From a virus (lineage: Duplodnaviria; Caudoviricetes), in IMG/VR virus record IMGVR_UViG_3300027205_000173, positions 60,934 to 124,933 of that record: a stretch of 64,000 bases of DNA; one strand, given 5' to 3'. Each line of letters begins with the position of its first letter. Position 1 is the first letter of the stretch. Position numbers and translations under genes: made by a program. The notes under the pieces were generated by a model. The model was not told the origin of the DNA. It was given only the letters and a program-made list of their open reading frames with translations, and searched no databases. Positions 33,290 through 51,038 of the stretch are shown here, piece after piece.

Positions 33290-34642
33290 ATGCCCATTGA
33301 CTTTAGCCCATACATTAGTCTTACCCCAGCAAACCTGGAACCAGGCGATATCTATCAGCAATCGATTGACGTCGCACTGACGGTCCTCCCCGAATTCAAT
33401 CTTCGTCGCGGAACACTAGAAGATGCAATTTTTCAAGCATCCGCATACATGAACGCCCTCAACATCGCCACCATTAACAGCCTTCCATCACGTCTCATGG
33501 AAGGATTTGCAAATCTCGTTGGCTACTCAAGATTTGAAGGAACGAGAGCAACCTTGACGCTCACGGTCACCGCTTTTGACGCAGCCGGAGGCGTTGTCCC
33601 AATAGCAACAATTTTCTCCCATCGATATGTCGAGCAAGATGGAACAATAACGGAATACGCATACGAAACAACAGAAGAAGTAGATTTAGCCCCAATATGG
33701 TCCGCTAACACTGCATATGTGACGGACCAATACGTCACATATAGTACCAGCACATATAAGGCGCTACAAAATGGAACAAACCAAAACCCAGGAACACAAA
33801 CGGCATACTGGGACCTCGTGAATGGGGCAGACCCATCACCATCCGCCAGCATTCAAGTCATATCAAAAACCATCGGATACACGCCAACTATCACTTCAGG
33901 AACGGAACTTGTCTGTATTACGACGAATAATGTCGTGGATAATGCATTTGCTGAAGACGATTTTGTTATAGGACAAGACGGGGACATCGACTCCACCTAC
34001 CTGTCTGGAGTACGCACACATCTACAAACCCTATCCAATAGCCTCTCAACGGCGGATCAAATGCGATCTGGTATTTTGGTAACCTATCGTGAAGTAGAAA
34101 TTTGTAAAGTGTACGATCTTACAGACCCGACATATTTGCTATTTAGTGCTGCTGCCGCCGATGGATACGTAACTGCATTTGTCTATGGTAGAGATAGGGT
34201 TCTCACCGACGCCGAACTTGCATCAATTGATACTTTCATTACCAACAAAGCAGTACCGGGACTTGAAGTATCAATACAGAACTATCAATTTGCCCCATTT
34301 ACAATCAACATAGCCATAACACACAACTCGCTAATAGATAGTGCCGATGTTGAAGAATCAATTAAACTATACATAGTTAACGCATTTAACTATACAAACT
34401 TCCCTCTGTATAAAAAAGACATCACGTCAAACTACATTGCTTCAATTGTCTTCCAGGCGGCTATAGGGGTCATTAACGTATCTTCGTGCACGATGCAACA
34501 CACAGGCACGGGCACGGGATCACCTTATTATAGCGAAACGGCCAACACCAATACATCGACATTGACTTTTCTAAAAAAAGGTTACTTACCACTCATTACC
34601 ACTAGCAGCATTACAATAGCCTCAACACCACTGGTCCTCTAA
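33290..34642 (+). CDS. baseplate J-like wedge protein with CBM5/12-like insertion
   Basis: Position and size; insertion WSANTAYVTDQYVTYSTSTYKA..NPG..YW. Confidence 0.75.
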   Translation: MPIDFSPYISLTPANLEPGDIYQQSIDVALTVLPEFNLRRGTLEDAIFQASAYMNALNIATINSLPSRLMEGFANLVGYSRFEGTRATLTLTVTAFDAAGGVVPIATIFSHRYVEQDGTITEYAYETTEEVDLAPIWSANTAYVTDQYVTYSTSTYKALQNGTNQNPGTQTAYWDLVNGADPSPSASIQVISKTIGYTPTITSGTELVCITTNNVVDNAFAEDDFVIGQDGDIDSTYLSGVRTHLQTLSNSLSTADQMRSGILVTYREVEICKVYDLTDPTYLLFSAAAADGYVTAFVYGRDRVLTDAELASIDTFITNKAVPGLEVSIQNYQFAPFTINIAITHNSLIDSADVEESIKLYIVNAFNYTNFPLYKKDITSNYIASIVFQAAIGVINVSSCTMQHTGTGTGSPYYSETANTNTSTLTFLKKGYLPLITTSSITIASTPLVL

Positions 34643-36588
34643 TGTACTACAACACGCCGTATTTATCTTGGCAAAATGGAATCGAACAATATGACGACGA
34701 CGATGTCATCCGTAATGCGACATACCTAAACGCCGAAGACCCAAATGTTGCTTTTGTCAATAAATTTTACAACTGGACGGCGGCTCACGTAGACAGTAAC
34801 GGCGTCGTAGTTGCTGGCACGCCACAAATACTCGCCGTAGACGATAATAATTTGGCCCCATGGCGACTAGCGTTACAAATAATACCGAACAACAACAACA
34901 ATCTGCTGCTATCTATTACGGGAATAGCCATAGATGGAACGACTACCGCAGAACTGGATTCATTAACATACATTTTTCATGCCCTATTTAAAAGCAGTGA
35001 AAAAATATCTGTCAAAATATCTATGGAGGTAGATGGATATTCTCAAGATATCACCCCAGTAACAACAAATTTCGACGTCACTGAAGAATACTTAACATGC
35101 AGGTCAAATTTCGCTGAACTATACCCAAATAAGAGCAAGCCTTCTAATTTGTATATTGGCTTGGACGCCACGGTCACTATCAATATTTTAATTACTTCTC
35201 ATAATAGCCAAACCCTATATATGACATGCCCGTTCTTGTATCAAGAATACGAATACATGCAAAACCCTTTTGTCAAAAACAGCATAAAATATATTCCTCA
35301 AGTTTTGTTTGAAATAGACCAGGCACAAGACCCCCAATACCCTATGGCTAAGTTGATCCATGCCTTAAATCATGCTTCTGCACAAACTTCGGCGCTAGCA
35401 GCGAGATTTTGGAAATTAGATTTAGAAGAATTGCCAGTCGAATATGACGGCACTGAAGATTTTTCTAAAAGCAAACTTGTTGATCCTGATCTTGCTGATT
35501 ATGAATATTTGGATTGGTTAGCGCAATTTAACGGCACCTCCGTGCGTAAAAATATTTATGCCCCAAACCCTGCCAATGCTACCAAAACTCAAAATTTAGG
35601 GGTTCGTGTTGCGACAACGGTTGCAGGGACGCTTGCAACATCTTTTGAAAATGGTGACACCGTTGATGGTGTCGTATTAAAAACCGGGGACAGAATTCTT
35701 ATTAAAAATCAAGCGACTGCATCGCAAAATGGTATTTACGTTGTTGCTACGAGTGGTGCTCCAACTAGGGCTACGGATATGCCGGCTAGTATACTAGATA
35801 TCTCTGCTGGGTTTTCTGTTTGGGTTAATAGTGGGACTCTTAATTCTGGAACTATTTGGAGATTGACGAATGCCAGCAACCCTACGGTAGGTACGGACGC
35901 GTTGACTTTTGCTATTAAACAGATATCAGTCGACGTAGCAACGACAACCGCAGGAACGCTTGCGACATCTTTTGAAAACACCGACTACATTGATAATTTC
36001 CAATTATCTACAGGTGATAAAATTCTTATTAAAAATCAAGCGACTGCATCGCAAAATGGTGTTTACGTTGTTGCTGCAAGTGGTGCTCCTACGAGAATTA
36101 CAACACTACCAACAGCATTGACGTTAAGTAATTATCTGGATGTTTTTGTTAGTGACGGTTTGTCTAATAAATATAAAATCTTCAGAAGTACTTCAAATAA
36201 TGCCGTGATTAATACTAATGATTTGAATTTTTCTGAGGTTGCTTTAAGCGCTTATGAAAATAATGTTGCTGCGTTTACTCGTTGGCAAATTTCTAACGGT
36301 TATTGGGGGTATAAGGCTGGTACTCGTGAGGCTTTTGATGGTATTCTTGACAGATATTTAACTGGCACTAAGTATCGTACTTATACTTTGACTGGTTTTC
36401 TTTTGTCTATTAAGACTTTGTATGATGAAACTCCATGGGCATCCTATGGTCGTAGTCCATTATTGGAAGCATTGTTGGAACCAGCACGCCCTGCAGGGTA
36501 TAAACTAGTAGTAGAAGTTGTTAATGACTTAAGATTTACGTTTAACAGTGCTACTTTGGGTCAATTTAATGATGACCCGCTTGGATAG
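34642..36588 (+). CDS. baseplate wedge gpI-like protein with two inserted fibre-type domains
   Basis: DPDLADYEYLDWLAQFNG..KAGTREA..RPAG; two VRVATT..DRILIKNQ..QNG.YV repeats. Confidence 0.7.
   Translation: MYYNTPYLSWQNGIEQYDDDDVIRNATYLNAEDPNVAFVNKFYNWTAAHVDSNGVVVAGTPQILAVDDNNLAPWRLALQIIPNNNNNLLLSITGIAIDGTTTAELDSLTYIFHALFKSSEKISVKISMEVDGYSQDITPVTTNFDVTEEYLTCRSNFAELYPNKSKPSNLYIGLDATVTINILITSHNSQTLYMTCPFLYQEYEYMQNPFVKNSIKYIPQVLFEIDQAQDPQYPMAKLIHALNHASAQTSALAARFWKLDLEELPVEYDGTEDFSKSKLVDPDLADYEYLDWLAQFNGTSVRKNIYAPNPANATKTQNLGVRVATTVAGTLATSFENGDTVDGVVLKTGDRILIKNQATASQNGIYVVATSGAPTRATDMPASILDISAGFSVWVNSGTLNSGTIWRLTNASNPTVGTDALTFAIKQISVDVATTTAGTLATSFENTDYIDNFQLSTGDKILIKNQATASQNGVYVVAASGAPTRITTLPTALTLSNYLDVFVSDGLSNKYKIFRSTSNNAVINTNDLNFSEVALSAYENNVAAFTRWQISNGYWGYKAGTREAFDGILDRYLTGTKYRTYTLTGFLLSIKTLYDETPWASYGRSPLLEALLEPARPAGYKLVVEVVNDLRFTFNSATLGQFNDDPLG
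35694..36060 (+). repeat. exact 40-nt direct repeat inside duplicated domains (35694-35733, 36021-36060)
   Basis: AATTCTTATTAAAAATCAAGCGACTGCATCGCAAAATGGT occurs twice. Confidence 0.85.
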
Positions 36589-36597
36589 GGAGTTTTT

Positions 36598-36894
36598 ATG
36601 GCATATCGCGGCTATATACAGTGGAATTCAGGAGACACGCTTGATGCCGAAGATGCTATGACGTACCTAATGCAACAGACTCCTACAATTTGGGATACCG
36701 TTGCTACTCGTAATGCCAACGCCAACTATGTTGCTAGTTTAATTGAGGGTAATCTTTGCTTTATTCAAGCCACTGATACTTTATACTATTACGATGGCGC
36801 TGCATGGCAAGCCATTGCCACAAAGGCGTATGTAGATTCAACCAGTGCCACGGCAAGAGATGCTTTAATTTTGTCATACATGAATTCAAACTAA
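36598..36894 (+). CDS. small virion/fibre anchor protein
   Basis: W.SGDTL.A..YLMQQ..EG.LC...TD.L.YYDG.AW. Confidence 0.65.
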   Translation: MAYRGYIQWNSGDTLDAEDAMTYLMQQTPTIWDTVATRNANANYVASLIEGNLCFIQATDTLYYYDGAAWQAIATKAYVDSTSATARDALILSYMNSN

Positions 36895-36904
36895 GGAGAA
36901 AAAT

Positions 36905-37120
36905 ATGTCAATTAAATTTATTAAAGATACTGTAGAACGTGCAGTTACCGCTTTTCTCGCCTCGTACCTGGGTGCCTGGGTCAATGCTGGCGCAGACTTT
37001 GACGGTCTGACCAACACGGACAGCCTAAAGACTGGCGTTGTTGCTGCCGGACTCATCGTTGCCGCATCATTTGGACTCAAAAAGGTCGGTTCCAACAAGG
37101 ATTCTGGCTCTATCCTCTGA
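36905..37120 (+). CDS. holin, r1t-like
   Basis: FIKDTVERAVTAF, two TM segments, AAGGAG RBS. Confidence 0.75.
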   Translation: MSIKFIKDTVERAVTAFLASYLGAWVNAGADFDGLTNTDSLKTGVVAAGLIVAASFGLKKVGSNKDSGSIL

Positions 37121-37182
37121 TAGTCCTGCCAGCACATACTTCTCTCAACTACAATGTTGTAGGCATCAGAGGAGAGTAACCC

Positions 37183-37707
37183 ATGCTTGCAGGAACATAC
37201 AATATAACTTGTGAGCAGGGCTCGACGTTCAGTCGTATCATTACGGTGGAATACCCCGACCCCAACGACAGTAGTGCGATGCTTGCGTATGACTTTACTG
37301 GTTTTACCGCCAGAATGCAGATACGTCGAACCATTGAGTCAACCACCGTCATGATTGAACTCACGACGGCAAATAGTGGCATCGTATATACCGCTTCATC
37401 AACGGTCAACGCTGGTTCTTTCGTTGTAGGTACAAGATATGTCATTTTGACTGCAGGGAATACCTCTTTTACGGCAATCGGTGCTGCTAATAATACGGCG
37501 GGAACATCATTTGTAGCCACTGGAGTGGGCAGCGGAACGGGAACGGCCTACTCCCCAAGTGGACAACTAACCATCAATATGACGGCAGGACAGACCGCAG
37601 CACTTGAAACAAGCGGTGTGTACGACCTGGAAATAATAAATTCAGCGAGTCAAGTCTCAAAACTCCTAAAAGGTGCCTTTACGCTCAACCTTGAGGTCAC
37701 CCGATGA
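37183..37707 (+). CDS. virion adaptor-type protein with internal insertion
   Basis: YNITCEQGSTF..FTARMQIR..GVYDLEI..LLKGAF..EVTR. Confidence 0.7.
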   Translation: MLAGTYNITCEQGSTFSRIITVEYPDPNDSSAMLAYDFTGFTARMQIRRTIESTTVMIELTTANSGIVYTASSTVNAGSFVVGTRYVILTAGNTSFTAIGAANNTAGTSFVATGVGSGTGTAYSPSGQLTINMTAGQTAALETSGVYDLEIINSASQVSKLLKGAFTLNLEVTR

Positions 37708-38042
37708 CTGGTATCCCTAATACGGTCAATATTCAGCAGGATACTCCGAATACTGTCACCGTAAATCAAGAAGACCAGAATTTAGTTACCGTACAAACAA
37801 CGGTCAATAACGTCACCGTAACCACCGGGTCTATTGCCTCTGGACCAACTAGACGACACATACACACGCAGGGTTCGGTGTCCTCTACATGGACCATTAC
37901 TCATACCCTAGGGGGTAATCCTAGTGTAATGGTTGTAGATTCTAGCAATACAGTGGTCTATGGTGAGATACAATATTTATCTAGCACTCAAGTGCGAATC
38001 TTATTCAGTGCTGCTTTCTCCGGATTTGCATACCTAACCTAA
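37704..38042 (+). CDS. small virion fibre-associated protein
   Basis: HTQ..SSTWTITHTLG..PSVMVVD..FSGFAYL. Confidence 0.7.
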   Translation: MTGIPNTVNIQQDTPNTVTVNQEDQNLVTVQTTVNNVTVTTGSIASGPTRRHIHTQGSVSSTWTITHTLGGNPSVMVVDSSNTVVYGEIQYLSSTQVRILFSAAFSGFAYLT

Positions 38043-38051
38043 GGAAACACT

Positions 38052-39647
38052 ATGGCTCAGAAGTTTCTAACAAGTATTGACCTCAATCAGAACGAACTAA
38101 TTAACACCAGGTTTCAGGTTGTAACTTCTTTTCCAGCCGTTGAAAACACGTTTGAGGGTCATCTTGTCTATAACTCCACTACCGATGTAATTGCCGTTTA
38201 CGCAAACGGTGGTTGGCGCTCGCTTCCTCACAGTATCGTTTCTGGTGGTGGTGCAGGAATTGCCGAAGCCCTTAATGTTGTTACATCAAATGGCACCGTA
38301 ACTCTCACTCTAAACGTCGCCGATACCGATAGTGCAGGCTTGCTCAGTGCCGCATTCTTTAATGACCTTACTGGTGCAACTTCAGCCGCCACTGGAGACA
38401 AACTGGTAAAACGCAATGCAACTGGTCGCATAAGTGTTGCTACTCCCACCGATGACTCTCACGCTGCCACCAAGGCTTATGTGGATTCCGCTCGTTCGGG
38501 TCTTGATGTCAAGGAGTCCGTAAGGGTAGCGACAACTGCTGCAATCAACCTTTCAACTGACCTAGAGGCTGGCGATGTAATTGATGGGGTAACACTTGTC
38601 GCTGGCAACCGCGTTCTTGTAAAAGACCAAGGCACGGCGTCGGAAAACGGTATTTATGTAGCCGTTGCTTCTGGTGCAGGGGCGGCTTCTCGTTCAACGG
38701 ATGCTGACACTTCGGCAGAGGTTACAACAGGAATGTTCACCTTCGTCTCTGAAGGTACCGTAAATGCTGACAGCGGATTTGTTCTTTCAACAAATGACAC
38801 AATCACCCTTGGTACAACAGGATTAACTTTTGTCCAGTTCTCTGGTGCTGGGTCATTCACTGCTGGTGACGGTCTTACCAAGAGTGGGACTACGATTAAT
38901 GCTGTTGGAACAGCGGGTCGTATCTCTGTTTCTTCAGATGCAATTGATATTGATAGCACCTATGTTGGTCAATCAACGATTACGACACTTGGAACGATTG
39001 CTACCGGCACATGGAACGGCACAGCCATTGCTGGTCAGTACGGTGGTACTGGGGTTGCCAACACTGGTAAAACCATCACTTTGGGTGGGAACCTCACTAC
39101 CTCTGGTGCACACGCCACGACGCTCACCACAACCGGCACTACGAGCGTAACCCTGCCCACCACGGGAACTCTCTCCACCTTAGCAGGCACTGAGACCCTT
39201 ACTAACAAAACGCTCACTAGCCCTACGCTTACTACCCCAGCATTAGGCACCCCTGCCTCAGGAACGCTCACTAACGTAACTGGATTGCCGTTGACAACTG
39301 GTGTCACTGGAACACTCCCTATCGCTAATGGTGGTACTAACGCAACGACCGAAGCGACTGCTCGTACCAACTTGGCATCAACAGCCGCTGAAGCAACAGG
39401 TCGCGGAACAAGCACCCCAGCACTTGCCCGTATTGCTACCAAAGCCTGTGTAGTACATACTGACAATGTTTCAACAACGTCAGTGGTTCACAACTTTAAC
39501 ACCCTTGATGTAATTGTTCAGATTGTAGAAGTCGCTTCAGGGGCCACAGTTATTGGTGATGTCACCCGTACCGATGTCAACACAGTCAGCGTTACCCTTT
39601 TGGGTGCTATTGGTAACGGCGCATACAGAATTATTGTAACAGGCTAA
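38052..39647 (+). CDS. tail fibre-like protein
   Basis: [44 protein letters not shown]. Confidence 0.8.
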   Translation: MAQKFLTSIDLNQNELINTRFQVVTSFPAVENTFEGHLVYNSTTDVIAVYANGGWRSLPHSIVSGGGAGIAEALNVVTSNGTVTLTLNVADTDSAGLLSAAFFNDLTGATSAATGDKLVKRNATGRISVATPTDDSHAATKAYVDSARSGLDVKESVRVATTAAINLSTDLEAGDVIDGVTLVAGNRVLVKDQGTASENGIYVAVASGAGAASRSTDADTSAEVTTGMFTFVSEGTVNADSGFVLSTNDTITLGTTGLTFVQFSGAGSFTAGDGLTKSGTTINAVGTAGRISVSSDAIDIDSTYVGQSTITTLGTIATGTWNGTAIAGQYGGTGVANTGKTITLGGNLTTSGAHATTLTTTGTTSVTLPTTGTLSTLAGTETLTNKTLTSPTLTTPALGTPASGTLTNVTGLPLTTGVTGTLPIANGGTNATTEATARTNLASTAAEATGRGTSTPALARIATKACVVHTDNVSTTSVVHNFNTLDVIVQIVEVASGATVIGDVTRTDVNTVSVTLLGAIGNGAYRIIVTG

Positions 39648-39677
39648 GTAAATATTACCCCGAGGGGCCCATCATAA

Positions 39678-46325
<6,648 letters not shown>

Positions 46326-46362
46326 CCATATGCTAGTGTTGGCTTGGATATAAGGAAAAATT

Positions 46363-47844
46363 ATGACCCTGATTGATACTGGTGGGAAAAAACCAGATAC
46401 GCCGACAATTGGTACTGCTTCACATTCTGGAAGCGTATTAACTATTAGCGTACCCTTTACTGCCCCAACATATGCGGGCAAGGGGACCATCTCTTCATAT
46501 ACGGTCACTTCTTCTGGGGGACATACTGGCAGTGGGGCATCTAGCCCTATATCTGTCAGTGGTCTGACTTCAGGAACCGCGTATACGTTCACAGTTATAG
46601 CAACAACCAATACTGGAGTTGTATCAGACTCTTCTAGTGCATCTAACTCGGTGACGGCTCTAACAACCCCAGCAAACGTAACTGGATTAACGACATCACG
46701 GCCATCGTCTGGCAATATTGGGGTTAGTTGGACTGCAGTGAGTGCTGACAATGCTGGTCGTGGTGGTGCTGCGAGCGTAACTTACAGTGTTTATTATGGG
46801 ACTACCTCAAGCCCAACGACGTTGTACACGACGACAGCCTCCACTTCTACCACTATCCCCCTTACCGCTGGAACTTCATATTGGTTCAAGGTAGTAACAA
46901 ATAACTCGTCATTTTCTAGTGCTGGCACAACGACTGCAACTTCAACCCTCTGCCTCGCTACACCTACAAACGCAACAAACGTTGCAATCACCAATACCAA
47001 TGGAACATCGGATTCCGCCGACCAAACATCATCAGTGACAGGTCGCTTCACGGTGACATGGACTGCTGCCGCCGGAGGTGGTGAAACACCATCGTATGAC
47101 ATTTATTATGGAACAACGGCAAGCCCAACAACATTTTGGGTCAATACAGGTGGAACTACTGCAACTGTAACTGGTCTTACAACTGGAACATCATATTGGG
47201 CAAAAGTAACTACGAAAAACACTTCGTTCACTGCGAGTGGAACAGTTTCGTCAAATAGCGTTATTCCAGTCAAGCAACCAAATCAAATCACTACTGGATT
47301 CAATGCATCAGCAGATGACGCTCAAATTTTTATCACTTTAGATTCCGGTTCTAGGCTTACAACCGCCAGTCATTTTGGTGGATTTATAGGTACTGGTACA
47401 GGCTATAAAATTTACACTTCTACAAATAATGTAAACTTTACTCTTGCAATTAATGCAAACTATTCAACTTACGAACTTGACCCATTTGATGCACTTAATG
47501 GTTCAGGCCAGACAGTCACCATCACTGGCCTAACTAATGGAACCGCTTACTACATAACTATCAATAGTTATAACAACTTTTATGAACGTACTGGGTCATA
47601 CGCCAATAGCGGAGCAACCGTAACACCGGTAGCGCCACCATATTTTCCACCATTCTTCCCGCCATTTTTCCCGCCATTTTTCCCGCCATATTTCCCGCCA
47701 TATTTCCCACCATTCTTCCCGCCATTTTTCCCGCCATTTTTCCCGCCCTTCTTCCCGCCCTTCTTCCCGCCATTTTTCCCGCCATTCTTCCCGCCATTTT
47801 TCCCGCCATTCTTCCCGCCCTTCTTCCCACCTCAATTTAAATAG
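46363..47844 (+). CDS. fibronectin type III repeat protein with C-terminal (PPFF)17 tail
   Basis: FnIII motifs (SGLTSGTAYTFTV, GLTTGTSYW, GLTNGTAYY) followed by PP(F/Y)F repeats. Confidence 0.85.
   Translation: MTLIDTGGKKPDTPTIGTASHSGSVLTISVPFTAPTYAGKGTISSYTVTSSGGHTGSGASSPISVSGLTSGTAYTFTVIATTNTGVVSDSSSASNSVTALTTPANVTGLTTSRPSSGNIGVSWTAVSADNAGRGGAASVTYSVYYGTTSSPTTLYTTTASTSTTIPLTAGTSYWFKVVTNNSSFSSAGTTTATSTLCLATPTNATNVAITNTNGTSDSADQTSSVTGRFTVTWTAAAGGGETPSYDIYYGTTASPTTFWVNTGGTTATVTGLTTGTSYWAKVTTKNTSFTASGTVSSNSVIPVKQPNQITTGFNASADDAQIFITLDSGSRLTTASHFGGFIGTGTGYKIYTSTNNVNFTLAINANYSTYELDPFDALNGSGQTVTITGLTNGTAYYITINSYNNFYERTGSYANSGATVTPVAPPYFPPFFPPFFPPFFPPYFPPYFPPFFPPFFPPFFPPFFPPFFPPFFPPFFPPFFPPFFPPFFPPQFK
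47635..47838 (+). repeat. 12-nt tandem repeat x17 encoding PP(F/Y/Q)F
   Basis: CCR-CCN-TWY-TTY units; variation is almost all synonymous or F to Y. Confidence 0.95.
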
Positions 47845-47852
47845 GATAAAAT

Positions 47853-48470
47853 TTGAACTCATTAGTTGAACCCGGATATTTTGGTTTAAATAAAGATTCC
47901 ATCATTGTTATTAGAAATTTTGTTGAGCCAGAACATTTAAAGACTGTACAAAAATTCCTACCAACAATCAATGAATGGATGGACCCAGGTGAAAGTCAAT
48001 ATTCCGAAAATGGAACATGCCTCTATAATGCCGACTACTGGCGCAACAGGCAATGCGGTGGGGAAATTATTCAAAAATTAAACAGTAATATTTATAAAAT
48101 TATTGAATTTTATATTGATAAAATGCAAAAAGTGTTAACAGAAAAATTCTCTGTCCAACTATCAAGTAGGCCACCAGTTCTCATCAAATGGACGCCAGGC
48201 ACAGAGCAAAAACCGCATGCCGATAAACAATTGAACGATGGCTCACCAAACCCGTTTCCTGATTATGATTTAAATTCGCTTATTTATTACAATGACAATT
48301 TTGAGGGTGGCGAATTATATTACCCAGAACATGACATTGTTATAAAACCAGAACCAGGCTTGGCAGTTGCCCACCCAGGTGATATACATTTTCTACATGG
48401 TGTGAAACGTATTATTTCTGGCGAAAGATGGACTACGCCATCTTTTTATACAGTGAAGGAATTTATATGA
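47853..48470 (+). CDS. Fe(II)/2OG dioxygenase, prolyl-hydroxylase-like
   Basis: HAD..YYNDNFEGGELYY..HGVKRI.SGERW. Confidence 0.88.
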   Translation: MNSLVEPGYFGLNKDSIIVIRNFVEPEHLKTVQKFLPTINEWMDPGESQYSENGTCLYNADYWRNRQCGGEIIQKLNSNIYKIIEFYIDKMQKVLTEKFSVQLSSRPPVLIKWTPGTEQKPHADKQLNDGSPNPFPDYDLNSLIYYNDNFEGGELYYPEHDIVIKPEPGLAVAHPGDIHFLHGVKRIISGERWTTPSFYTVKEFI

Positions 48471-49039
48471 AATTGTTAAAACACAAAAATTTTACAATTA
48501 TTTTTGATTTTTTGACAGAACATGAAATTGCTATATTTTCAAAATACTTTTTAAATGTTAAATGGCAAGAGTCGCATGGGGATAAACATTTTTCAAATAA
48601 TATTACCTCGTCTGATATTGGAGAAATCGCGTCCAAAGTACAGGGCAGATTGAAGTCAACAATACAAAATATTTATTCATGTATTTTAAGTGACGAGACT
48701 CTTGGTACTTTTGTTAAATATCGACATGGTCACGGACTGCCTCTTCACTATGACGCAATGACAGTAGATGATATAACGGGTGAGAAAACAATAAATAAAA
48801 CATTTAGTGGATGTACGACGACTGACATGACGTCAATACTTTATTTAAAAAATGATTCCATAGGTGGACTAATAAGTTTTCCAAATTTAGATATTACCTA
48901 CTATCCGCTGAAAGGCTCCGTAATCATATTCCCATCATTCAAGGAATATGAACACGAAGTATCTCCCGTAACAAGCGGTGACAGGATTATAACTACAACT
49001 TTTTGGCATGTGTTTGATGATACGCAAAACAAAATTTAA
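48467..49039 (+). CDS. Fe(II)/2OG dioxygenase, prolyl-hydroxylase-like
   Basis: HYD..ILYL..GGLISF..HEVSPVTSGDR. Confidence 0.88.
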   Translation: MKLLKHKNFTIIFDFLTEHEIAIFSKYFLNVKWQESHGDKHFSNNITSSDIGEIASKVQGRLKSTIQNIYSCILSDETLGTFVKYRHGHGLPLHYDAMTVDDITGEKTINKTFSGCTTTDMTSILYLKNDSIGGLISFPNLDITYYPLKGSVIIFPSFKEYEHEVSPVTSGDRIITTTFWHVFDDTQNKI

Positions 49040-49571
49040 AAATATTACTATTATCAACAATTTAATTATTCCGCAAGATATTGCCAAATTGCGCACATAC
49101 ATTGATTGTTCTCCTCTTCAGAAGGAAGAAAATAATCCTAATACATTTATCAACGTACAAGATAGCGAATGCAATTCCATACTGTCAAAGGCTCAACAAT
49201 TACTTAAAAGCAATATTGAGGAAGATTTTGACACATTAGTAAGCGACGAAGGAATAGGTACGGTAGTGAAGTTCTCTATAGGTTGGGAACTTCCATATCA
49301 CTGCGACCAATGGTCAAACCTGCCCACATACGGGGGCGCTCCGAAGCGTGATATAAGTTCGATAATCTATTTGAGTGATGATTTCAAGGGTGGCGAATTA
49401 GTTTTCCCTGACCTGGGCATATTCATTCAGCCTGTGGCTGGGTCCGCAATCTATTTTGCGGGTACCGAGGAATATATGCATCAGGTAACGCCATTACTTT
49501 CCGGAACAAGATTGACATGCACTGGTTTTTGGGGTAATCTCTCGGGGTATGACGATGTTTCAATACCCTGA
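49017..49571 (+). CDS. Fe(II)/2OG dioxygenase, prolyl-hydroxylase-like
   Basis: HCD..IYLSDDFKGGELVF..HQVTPLLSGTR. Confidence 0.88.
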   Translation: MIRKTKFKNITIINNLIIPQDIAKLRTYIDCSPLQKEENNPNTFINVQDSECNSILSKAQQLLKSNIEEDFDTLVSDEGIGTVVKFSIGWELPYHCDQWSNLPTYGGAPKRDISSIIYLSDDFKGGELVFPDLGIFIQPVAGSAIYFAGTEEYMHQVTPLLSGTRLTCTGFWGNLSGYDDVSIP

Positions 49572-50316
49572 ACCGCTACCATTCCGTTTTGAAAAACATT
49601 CGGTAGGTGTCCCAGAACTAGGAATACGCCTATACAGGAGTGTTTTGCCGCCTGCGGCAATGATTCCTGAGCGCCTCGAAAAAACTTTAGCGAATAGCAG
49701 TCACCCCTATTTCCGCTGGCACGATTCACTCGTTGGAGAGGGAGTGAAGATGCCCGAGTACAGAGATTGTGTTGATTTTAAATACGACAAAAACTACGAC
49801 GATAAAACTCCACCTGAATTCAGGGACGTAATCGATGTTTACTATACGGTTGCCGATGTTCAGAATGAATGTTTACGTGATTATCAATCCGAGTACAACA
49901 TCAACATGACCTACATGGAGGCAATTAATTTTGTCAAGTATACCGCTGGTCAACATTTCAATGTCCATACTGACCATGGTTTTTCTTATGTATGCACGGT
50001 GTCATCAGTGATGTATCTCAATGACTCCTATGACGGCGGGGAGTTGTGGTTTCCAAAACTTGACATAAAAATTACGCCCGAATATGGGGATTTGGTATTT
50101 TTTCCTTCCACTTACATTTACGCACATGCTTCAATGCCTGTAACTTCGGGGGTGAAGTATTCCGCCGTAACAATGTATGACTACAATGACGATACGCATA
50201 AGTATGGTGGATTCACTCGTCAATTCGGGCAGACAAACAATCAGCCTTACGAGCCTTCAATGTCCAACTCTATTATCATTGGTCCGATTACTCCAACTGA
50301 GGGTGTCTCCATATGA
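49549..50316 (+). CDS. Fe(II)/2OG dioxygenase
   Basis: HTD..YLNDSYDGGELWF..FPS..HASMPVTSGVK. Confidence 0.88.
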   Translation: MTMFQYPEPLPFRFEKHSVGVPELGIRLYRSVLPPAAMIPERLEKTLANSSHPYFRWHDSLVGEGVKMPEYRDCVDFKYDKNYDDKTPPEFRDVIDVYYTVADVQNECLRDYQSEYNINMTYMEAINFVKYTAGQHFNVHTDHGFSYVCTVSSVMYLNDSYDGGELWFPKLDIKITPEYGDLVFFPSTYIYAHASMPVTSGVKYSAVTMYDYNDDTHKYGGFTRQFGQTNNQPYEPSMSNSIIIGPITPTEGVSI

Positions 50317-51038
50317 CTGAAATGACATTGACTAGAACGCATCAACTTTCTCCGAAAATAAAACAATCACGATTAAAGCGCGACTGGATGGACGATACGT
50401 ATAATAAACATGCTTATCGATGTTTGCCATTAAGTGCAGCAAATGTTAACGGCTGGGAAATAATCTTACAAAAAGAAATTGTTGCTATTTGGGATGGCGG
50501 AATGTCTGTCCCTAGAATTATTTCGGATGATTCATTTAATGGTAGAACTATCGCCAATTGCAACAAAATTGGGATGATTGATATCCATCTTGGATGGGCA
50601 TTCGGTACGGAGCAAGGTTTTGACACCGTTGTTACTGGTTCCCCTAATTTTTTTATTGATGGACTAGAACCACTGACCGCATTGATACCGAGTAGTTGGT
50701 GGCCTGATGAAGTGCAGATGACATGGAGATTCACTACGCCCGGCAAAGAAGTTATTTTACCCGAAGGAATGCCTTTTGCATTTTTTTATATTCAACCTTC
50801 TCATCTTCAAGAAGACGTTAATTTCAAAATGAAAAATCTTTGGGATGACAACGAACTTATTCAAAAAAGAATGTCATATAGTGATGCTAAGATGAAAAAA
50901 CAAATAGATGAGCCATGGACTTGGATGAATGGCATCCGAACTGGACTCAATGAACGTGGAGAGCAAATAGGTCCACGCCATGATAGTTTGGTGCAACTGG
51001 CTGAACCAGAAATATCCGAGGTCTATAATGTTGATTGA
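50313..51038 (+). CDS. DUF6065 family protein
   Basis: RDWMDDT..HAYRCLPLSAANVNGWEI..GSPN..MTWRFT.PG. Confidence 0.8.
   Translation: MTEMTLTRTHQLSPKIKQSRLKRDWMDDTYNKHAYRCLPLSAANVNGWEIILQKEIVAIWDGGMSVPRIISDDSFNGRTIANCNKIGMIDIHLGWAFGTEQGFDTVVTGSPNFFIDGLEPLTALIPSSWWPDEVQMTWRFTTPGKEVILPEGMPFAFFYIQPSHLQEDVNFKMKNLWDDNELIQKRMSYSDAKMKKQIDEPWTWMNGIRTGLNERGEQIGPRHDSLVQLAEPEISEVYNVD

Noticed and set aside
47635-47838. Possible CRISPR array or iteron set
   Set aside because: Contiguous in-frame 12-mers with no spacers; no cas genes in the window.
47561-47862. Minus-strand MAGK/WREK repeat ORFs
   Set aside because: They are shadows of the PPFF repeat; variation is synonymous only in the plus frame.
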